Source of the DNA: Octopus sinensis
Lineage: Eukaryota
Direction of reading: 5' to 3'
Assembly (NCBI RefSeq): GCF_006345805.1
Contig: NC_042997.1
Location: 95,294,001 to 95,358,000 of the forward strand
Length of the DNA stretch: 64,000 bases
The notes below the pieces were generated by a model, which saw only the letters and a program-made list of their open reading frames with translations, was not told the DNA's origin and did not search any database. Positions 54,705 through 64,000 of this stretch are shown piece by piece; within the stretch, counting starts at the first letter, position 1; the number at the start of each line of letters is the position of its first letter. A program made the translations under genes and the position numbers.

Positions 54705-55208
54705 TATATATATAAATACACATATATATACATATGTATATATATACATATCAATAAATGCATACATATATATTCATGTGTATTCTTTAGTATATTAGTT
54801 GCTTATGTGCATAAGATTTTATGTGACGTGAAGCCATTTTCAAAATTACTTTACAATATTTTCTCTTGGTTTAATCTTTAGATATTCCTTATCACTCCAA
54901 TATCAAATTTAAAGAAATATTACACTGTGCCCTTGAAGTGAGCCACCACATGAACAATATCAACTCTGTAGTAATTCTTGGAATTTAGTTGCTCTGGGGA
55001 TGTATATATCCTTTTATATTTTCAACGTTTCATTAACTTCATGAATTACAGTATCTCTCTTGTTAAGGATATCGATTGTGTTTGTAAATTGCCTGTTTGT
55101 TCTGGGTTCTTTTTGTGATTGCAAGGGTTTTCAGTATAATCTAAACGCCAACACCCTTAGTAATTGTGTGTAAATTCCTGTTGTACCGTATTTAGGTTTT
55201 ATTCTAAA

Positions 55209-55600
55209 CTAGCAATATCGCCAGGCGTTTCTCAGGTTTGTTTCGACCCTTTAGAATTGGACTCTTTGATAAGTAAAAATTGTGCAATATGCAGCTTGTT
55301 GTTCTCTTTAAGTGAACATTTTTTTAGATGAAATACACCGAAAAATGGCGACACAGCAGTCAAAAAATCGTAAAAAAATTGGGATTTTCATAGAAAAAAA
55401 GCACCTTTTTGATATGAATAATTTTTGGTGTTAACATGGTCCGATTTAAATTTTTCTTCTACAAAAAGGAGAACAAGCCTTCTTCAATCATACCCTCAAT
55501 TTTGGTCTACTTGCGCTGCAGGTTCTCGGAGGGGATAGTGTTAGTTGAAGGCTACCAAGCCTGCCATACACAGACAACTTCAGCTTTATATATAGAGAGA
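55209..55600 (-). mobile_element. complete non-autonomous Helitron (392 bp)
   Basis: Minus strand begins A|TC (55601|55600) and ends with an imperfect hairpin plus CTAG|T (55212-55209|55208); no target-site duplication. Confidence 0.75.
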
Positions 55601-56044
55601 TTATCCTCTTGATAACTGAGTATAATATGTTAATAAGGTCACGGAACAATATGCCAGTTTGCTTAGGAACGAAGAGCGATCTAAAGTTTCAGAATCAATC
55701 TTTCATTTACAGAAGGGTGTCTCTGCATGAAATTTCAGGTCGCTAATTGCTAACAGCAATGTTTTAAACATGATCTACGTACAGTGCATACTATTATTCT
55801 TCTTTCCTGATATTTCTTCTTATTTTCGTTTACTCCTGCGCGATGTGATCCCGTATTACATGGATGTTTGTATTAATTTAATATGACCAATGTCTTATTC
55901 TCTTTCTATATTTTTCTAATTTTCTCCCTCTATCGAATTTGGATGGTATATTTGCCTCCTCATACAAATGCTTATATTTTTTCATTATTGACGCTTCAGT
56001 TTCAAGGCTCATACGCTGTATTATTATTATTGTTGTTGTTGTTG

Positions 56045-56086
<42 letters not shown>

Positions 56087-56956
56087 CATTTTAGTGCTTC
56101 AGAGATTCTTAATTTCAGTGTATTACGAATTATATATTCAGCTTTTACTGAAGCCTGAGCAGCTGTGTTCTTTATGCATTGTTGCTTCACTTATGTATTT
56201 ATTTGCTTTTATCAATTTATTCCAACCTCTATATTTTTTGCTTTGTTTTACAATAAATCCTCATATATGGTAATATAATCTTTTTTTACTAGCTTAACCC
56301 GTGAAAATTTCACGGAAAATGTAAAAAAATTAAGCATCTATAAACAGTGTATTGGCGCCAAACGCATGTTCGCATATTGTGACCGTCTGCCTTTATGTTC
56401 TGAGTTCAAATTCTGCCGAGGTCGACTTTAGCTTTCGTTCCTTCGGGGTCGATAAATTTAGTACTTGTTGTATACTGGGGTAGATCTAATCAACTCTCCT
56501 CCCGACAAAAGTTCCAGGCCTAGAAAAGTATATTGTGACAGTTACAAATATAGAAAGTAATGTAACACCAATGACTATATATAATCCAACCAAAATATAT
56601 CAGTTACACAAACGTAAACATAATTACTATTTAACCTTAAAATAGATCGTACATATCCAAAGAACCTTCTTTGGATATGGAACATTCTTCTGGTATTCTT
56701 TTATTCTTTTACTTGTTTCAGTTATTTGACAGTGGCCATGCTGGAGCACCACCCTTTAGTCGAAGAAAATTTTCCCTGGACTTATTCCCTGTAAGCCTAG
56801 TACTCATTCTATCAGTGTATTCTGCTGAACAGCTAAATTGCGGGGACGCAAACGTACCATCATCAGTTGTCAAGTAATGGTGGTGGTGGTGGTGGGACAA
56901 ACCCAGACACACAGGCACAGACAGACAGACTCACACACACACAAACACACACACAC

Positions 56957-56991
<35 letters not shown>

Positions 56992-57165
56992 TGGGCTTGG
57001 AGGTAGTGGTGATGCTGGCTTGTGCGATTTTGTGGTTTGCTAGTATGCCGTGAAAGATCCAGCGGCAGACCCCTAACTGGTTCCCTGATCATAATGGTAT
57101 AACGTTGATGTGTAATGATGGAGTGGCTGCTGGGGTGGGGATGCTAGCTGATGCGGTGGTCTTCC

Positions 57166-57700
57166 TCACAGTACTTTATGGTAAACAATATTTTGTGCGT
57201 ACGTCACACCACGTTTTGGCCTTGACTGTTATCCCTATTGAGTGTCATAACTCTTACTTTGATATTGTTCATAGCTCGTACTCTTGAAAATGCCATGAGA
57301 AATACCGGTTGAGGCAAATATATTCAAAATTTTTCAAATTGATTATGTATTAATTGGCATTGAATATGTAAGTCGAAGTAGAAACTGAAGTCTGTTTAGT
57401 GTGAAGGGAATATTCGCATTACTTGGGATAAATTTAATTCTGGAATTAAACTGTACGACCTCTGTTGGAGCCTGTTACCAATGATGCCTCTACACAATGT
57501 TCAGGAATTCTTTGCACTTTCATGCGAGTTTCTTAGCAGCATTACAATAGGCCCTACTTTTAAGTTGCGGCGATGAGGATGCATATCGGATAGACTGAGT
57601 GAGTTTATGAATTCAAATGGATAGTTAAGAACCTCCTCTTCATTATTGCTGGACACTGAATCTGTGCTTAGGTACGTTTTAAGTGCCTCTGGCACTTAAC
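57166..57700 (-). pseudogene. Helitron RepHel PIF1-like helicase C-terminal fragment
   Basis: KTYLSTDSV...NYPFEFINSL...HPHRRNLKVGPIVMLLRN...RIKFIPSNANIPFTL...IYLPQPVF...AFSRV...TQNIVYHKVL*, with frameshifts. Confidence 0.9.
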
Positions 57701-59031
57701 AACATTTTCATTTATTGCAAGACAGTCAGAATTTCTAGGAGATAAAATTACTCGCGTTTCCATTTTTTCTGGCATGCACTCGTTGAAAAGTTCTGGGTAC
57801 AAATGTACAAATAGAAATGCAAAAGAACGAAATAATAAATGAATTTATGAATGAAAGTTTGGTAACTGAGCATACAAATAAATACATACAAACACACACC
57901 CACACAAACAGGCACATACACACATATACATATATATGTCTCGAGTTGTAGCTGTAATTCAAATGGGCCAGCCTTCTCATATTCTGTGTGAGGCTGAATC
58001 TCCGTGAGAACTATGATAGTGTTATGCATGTCTGTGGAGTACTCAGCCTCTTGCGAGTTAAGTTTATCCTCGTGTGATAATGAAAAGTGAAATTGATAGC
58101 AAATATTTGCTATGATTAGCTACAAATCTTCTTTGCCTATGATTAACTTCTGGTTTTATTTTAAGAGATTTCTTTCATATGGGATATATTGCTGATTATC
58201 TGAAAAGAACTTTTAATAACAAAGCTATAAACGACGGTTTGAAATACCTATATTATTGCAATAGTTTAATGAAGCTTGCCGGGGAAGGGATTATACCTGA
58301 CACTGTGCGTTGAAACGAAAACAATTGTAATGTGAATGACACATTAGACACCCAGAAACATATTAGCAATTTAGAAACGCAGACGCTGTTAATTTTAATT
58401 AAACAATTATTATTTGGTGTCAAGATTTTAGACGCCAATATAATACCTTCAGTGACATCTTGTAAGGAACTAGGTTGTAGATGGTGTGGCAAGTATTTTG
58501 GCAACAAATGATGTTATGTTTACACGAAGCCCTGCTGTGATTTTCTGAGTGTCTTCCACGTCGTAATCGTCGAATGAAATTGTTTTTAGAAAAAGCAGCA
58601 ATGTAAACTTTTAAAACTGAAATTTCATTTTTCACTATGACTATAAATTCAGCTAAAAATCTTGCCTGATTCGAAGAACTAGCTGCTGTAAAATTTAGTT
58701 CGTTCGTCTTTAGTTTTACTTGTACCCACTCAAATATATTTGACTTCATTAAAATTTATTCCTTGGGCATGTGTTTTCTAATATAGCCCCAAGTCGACTA
58801 AAGCCCTGTGAGTGGATTTAGTAAATGGAAACAAAAAAGCACCCCACTATCGCTTGACAGCCGATGTTGGTGTATTGACGTTCCCGTAACTTAACGGATT
58901 GACAAAATAGATCGATAGAATAAGTTACTAGGCTTACAAAGAATAAATCCTGGGGTCAATTTGCTCGACTAAAGGCGGTGCTCCAACATGACCGCAGTTA
59001 AATGACTGAAACAAGTAAAAAGAAATAAATA

Positions 59032-59127
<96 letters not shown>

Positions 59128-61937
59128 ACCTATATATATATACATATTGATTACGTACATGGTATTTTACATCCGTCGAGATCGATGTTTCTTTATTCTT
59201 TTCAAGGTTGAAAAATAAGTACCAGTTGTGTATAATGAACGACGTGGTCGACTAGCCCGTTCCTCTAGTATTTATATGACACCAAGCAATATGATTTTGC
59301 CAACATTATTACTTCGTGCCGTATGTATTTATCTGAAATCTAGCAATATGATTTTGCCATCATATTGCTTGGTTTAACATTTTATTGTGTGGATTTGATA
59401 CTGTACATAAGTAGTCGTTTTATACCGCCAAACGGTAGTTGAAATTATTGATCGATTAATGGTAATGTCATGGAGACAAATTTGGATTACCATTTTGGAT
59501 GTTATTTGCAATGCCAATCTACATGCAATTAATTTCATTATAACACCTCATATAACGCCTCAGAGAAATTTTCCATTTGAATATAGAAAATTATTGCCGT
59601 AAGATTACACAGAGAAAGTAAGTTATCCGCTTAACAATTCCAATAATACAATAAATTATACTTTACCAGAATAGTGCTGTAACTACTGAGGTAATTTGTT
59701 GTGAATCTTCATCCAATTAAATGCACTGTTGTTTGACGCAATACACAGCATTATTTAAATCAGGATGATTATTTACATTGGTGAGATTTTATAAATCTAG
59801 AATAAAAACGTTACACACGTCTAAGATTTCCTGAAAATATTTTATAATAATTATTTGATAGAAAAAATGGAAATAAATGTTCATCTGAAGTTTTCCATTA
59901 TACTTTAATGACAGAACTCTGTATGTATAATTGCATGAATCTTTTTAGAGTTTAGAAGCATTTCAAATGCACACAGACTTATTGCAACCTCATTCTAAAA
60001 AGTGCAACACAAATTTCAGGAGTTAATAACTTGAAATACGCACTACCACAAGATTTCTCAAATCTATGAGTAAATTATAACCACATAATCGTCCGCCATA
60101 TGTTAAGACAATAGCTAAATTAACTTTTTAATTGATACAAACCTTTAGTTTTTTCATATCATCTTTCATATAGGAGTTTTCTTTATAAATATATATACTC
60201 TTACTCTCTCTTTTACTCTTTTACTTGTTTCAGTTTCCGTCCACCAAATCCACTCACAAGGCTTTAGTCGGCCCGAGGCTATAGTAGAAGACACTTGCCC
60301 GAGTTGCCAGGCAGTAGGACTGAACCCGTAACCATGTGGTTCGTAAGCAAGCTTCTTACCACACAGCCGCTCCTGCGCCTATTTCATAATTTTTATGAGA
60401 AAATTGCCATTAGTTAAATATGCACTTTTCTAAGATATTTATACACTTAAAGCAAGTTGCCTATGACCTCTAAATGCTACCTAACCGCTTTTAAAGTGTT
60501 AGTTCAGTAATTTAAATAAAAAGGAAAATGCATTTATTTACTATTAGCTTACATCTACATGAAACCTTTCTTCTCAAATTCTTACATATTTCGGTTAAGT
60601 ATCTTATGTAGTCACTACAAATGCATTTATCAACTGCATAAATTCTATCAACTATTTTTAAAAGTATGCTTTTTTATTTCGTGCCAGTAGGTGTGTGCTT
60701 CACTTTTTCTAGCCCCCCCCCCCAATCCCCCCCTATCAGTCAGTTTCTTACTACACGTCTGTGTATTTGATCATAAAGATCCAAGTGCAATGTTGTATTT
60801 CACTTTGGTTTATATGAATGTGCAACACACAGTTTAGAGCAATTATCAACCGCAGTTTACAAGGGACTTTTAAAAAATGGCCTTAAACCATCGAACTCCA
60901 TTATGAAAATAAATGTTCTTTAATTAATTTCGATAGTCTTCTTATAGTAAATCATATAGGTATTTTGACACAACTCTTTATCTGAATCACCCACATAGTA
61001 AAACACAAACTCACATTTTGAATTATTTTACATAATGCTTTCATTTAAAAAGATGGTTCCGAAATCGATAGCGATTTTCCCATCCTACGTTACTTAACAT
61101 AACTGGCATTTTGAGAGCATGTTTTGCTCATTAGATATACAGTAATTGTTAAGTTCGTACTCCTGAAAAATATGCCGCTTAACCTTTCTCAAAGAAATGT
61201 ATGAAATGGTCATTAATTGACGATCAGCATATTCATTAGATGACATGACACTCGAAGAACAAAACGTCACTATATAGTTCTGGCTTAAATGATTGTCTCT
61301 TGCTGGCAACAAATTGATTTCTGTTGACAAAATTGGATATAAATGCATTCAGCTCAACATCATCTTTCATAAATCAATATATCGATTTCATTTTAAATTA
61401 GGATGGACTTGATGGATGAATCATTATTTGTGGGACTTAACTGATGTTCAAATATAATTAGCTACGAAAGCTTGTACGTTCTTCATCCAAATGTAACCAA
61501 CAGCATATGTAAACCGATTGATGCAAGAGTAATTAATACAGTTCACTCTAGCTCGTTTTCAGTAGATACAAGATTCGAATTGCTTATATATAATGCTTGA
61601 ATAAAATTCAGAATGACAGACAGAATAATGCCCACATTATTTTAACACGGTAAAGAACGATTTTGTGAGGTAACATATTTCTTGCCAGACTAAATGCAAA
61701 AAAACGCACCTGCAGATGAAAATGAGGATATTATACAACCGAAGACTTTAATAAAAAATATTTTGGCATAAGACAGTCATTTGTGTAACAAACAAAATTA
61801 TCCATAGATATCACAACTAGCCGGACAAAATTATTTAACAGCAAGGAATTGCAACAAGCAAAAGTGCTAGTTGTAAAATGTACTTCAGAGATCAACGCAG
61901 CAGTTGTACTGACAAGTAATATTAGTAGCCACGTTAA

Positions 61938-62221
61938 TATGGCTGTACGTTCGAACGTACTCTACTTCAATTTTTTAACCCCAAAGAAACATCTCCTGTA
62001 GCTGGTACCGTCTGCTAGACGAGGTGCCCACAATTGAGGAGTAGCAGAAATAGCCCCAAACCAGAACTGGTCTGCTGGTCCCGTCGCTAGAAAGTGGTAG
62101 GTGTTCGCTCCCCTGCTCGCAATACATCGGATGCACCTGTGCATTGTTATCCAGTTTAAAGAGATGTCCTTTTGGGGTAAAAAAAAATCGCAGTAGACTC
62201 CGTTCGAATGGACCACCAGTA
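61938..62221. mobile_element. MITE with ~55-60-bp imperfect TIRs
   Basis: 61938-61995 (gttcgaacgtactctac...ttttaaccccaaagaaacatctc) is the inverse of 62161-62221; GC-richer core; TA-containing flanks. Confidence 0.75.
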
Positions 62222-62849
62222 GATATTTATATTAAATTTTTTTTAGAACGGAATGGGTGTTTGGTATAAAATTCCATTATTAACTTACAAGATCATTTGT
62301 TAAAGTTAATTCCACATAGATGTTCAGACTAAATGTATGAGCAACTGTTTTTAATTAAGCACTGTAGACCTGATTCAACGCAGCGTCGTTCTTAAAGTGC
62401 ACATTAATAAACATGTTCGTGTGCGAATACGATAAAATTTACGTAAAAGTATTTATAAAATAAAATCCACTGAAATCGGCTTTGTATTAGGTTGTTTGTA
62501 ATTATATATACGTATTAGTGTTTGAAATAGATATCATATACACATGTAGACAATTCAATTATTTCTAGTCCTGCCAAACCTCACAAAAAACAAAGTCACG
62601 AGAATTCGAATCTGGAGCTAGAAAAAGTAGTCAGATACCCTTACATTTCCTAGCAGAGTCGGTTTTATTATCAGCGCAATTATGATTTCATGTCAGTAAT
62701 GAACATACTACAGTCCTTAAGGTTGTTTATTAATACTCTTTTTTCGTGATAGGAAAGAAAAATTGTATACTTTTCACATCAGCGTGTCCTTGATGAAACC
62801 AGGGTCACTTTGTGGAACAAGAAATTCAGGAGGAGTGGTGAGAGCCACA

Positions 62850-63533
62850 TTTTATATCTTTTCTGTGTGTGTATGTGACTTCTAGGGTCTCGGGCATTCT
62901 CCATCCAATTGCGCTCAAATGTGATATGTAGATACCGACGGTATCAGTGCGTGTATAAGTCTTGAAAAAAATACAAAAATCGATTCCAGGTGAGAATGCG
63001 ATCGATAAAGCCATGGGAAGTCGTTTTTTTGGAATAGAAAAAAGTCTATCTTTGATTCTTCTTTTGCTGGAGTCTCAAATTTAGGTTAAATCAGTGTTTC
63101 TCAAGAGGCAGGCCTATGGGACGGTCGGGCAAGTTGTTTTGAGAAAATATGGTTTAAATGTTTTACATCTCAGCACCGTCCATTGGACGGAGGTCGTTTT
63201 GCTCGTCTTTCCATAATTTCTCTTCCAGCCGTTTTTTGAAAATACTCTTATAAGTTGCAGCGCCAGATTTTGTTGTGTAGAAGACATTATTTTCTCAGCC
63301 ATTATTTTCTTCACCGCTGCTTGGAAGTTGTATTAAAATAGTCTTTTGGTTTATTTTCGCAATTTCTGGCCTATATATCGTGTAGTAGATTGGAAGCCTA
63401 AATCTGCTATCCTGCGCCTAATGGCAGTCCTCCGCAATTGCAGGCCGCACACGTAGAAAATATTTCCCAACTGTATAATGATGCGAGCTGCAGATGCCGC
63501 TGCCGCGTGAAGGGTGGTATACGGGTAGACTAA
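62850..63533 (+). mobile_element. non-autonomous Helitron-like element
   Basis: Shares ~360 bp with 21779-22142; the distal end has a GC-rich imperfect hairpin followed by CTAA (CTAG-like). Confidence 0.6.
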
Positions 63534-63859
63534 AAACGCACCTCGAGACTATGAAAAGTCTTTAAACTATTTAACTTGTTTTTAAACTTTGGAAAAAGCT
63601 TGAGAAATTGCTTGTGGAAACGTGAGTGGGTGAGGTTATGAGTAAAACACAGACTCCCTATGCCAGTCTGCATTCCGATTGCCATCGACTACAACTATTA
63701 GTAGGTAAACTAATTTGGTTTCCGTTTCACCTTTATACTATTTTTACTTACTCTGTCATAGAAGAAAACTTGGAGAGCTTCAAGAATTAATAACTTCAAA
63801 GAAGAGTATCTACCGGTTTATGACCACACATATGTAATAAGAAAACTTCACATATGAAG

Positions 63860-63928
63860 AGTAGGAGTAGTAGCAGTTTTAACAGTAATAGCCATAAAAG
63901 TAGTAGTAGTAGCAACAGCAGCAGCAGC

Positions 63929-63974
<46 letters not shown>

Positions 63975-64000
63975 GTAGTAGTAGTAGTAGTAGTAGTAGT
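63860..64000. repeat. compound (AGT)n/(AGC)n/(ATT)n microsatellite
   Basis: Directly visible. Confidence 0.95.

Noticed and set aside
58507-58548. ATGATGT...CTGA C/D-box-like pair
   Set aside because: Only ~41 nt from box C to box D, imperfect box C, no guide recognised.

Overview
This window is AT-rich animal genomic DNA, dense in (TA)n, (CA)n, (AAT)n and (TATG)n microsatellites. The repeat families look like a coleoid cephalopod, probably Octopus; that assignment is inference, with no database check. I cannot support any host protein-coding gene. Most ORFs in the track are microsatellite translations or antisense readings of transposons. Recognisable elements are: a decayed mariner with terminal inverted repeats (35.6-36.8 kb); a maT/DD37D-like remnant; a rearranged mariner fragment; a near-complete HERO-like LINE (47-50 kb, minus); several R4/Dong-like LINE pieces, one young and inserted in an (AAT)n tract; a CR1 3' end; Penelope-like (PLE) GIY-YIG fragments; a Helitron helicase fragment and non-autonomous Helitrons; MITE-like foldbacks; and at least four tRNA-derived SINE families. 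Two things stand out. First, about nine minimal type I hammerhead ribozyme (HHR) motifs from four unrelated repeat families occur here. One family, seen in four copies, is a composite of a tRNA-like head, an (AAT)n tract and a hammerhead tail. Second, an isolated hairpin at 11951-12038 has canonical pri-miRNA geometry and strand-biased G-U pairing.
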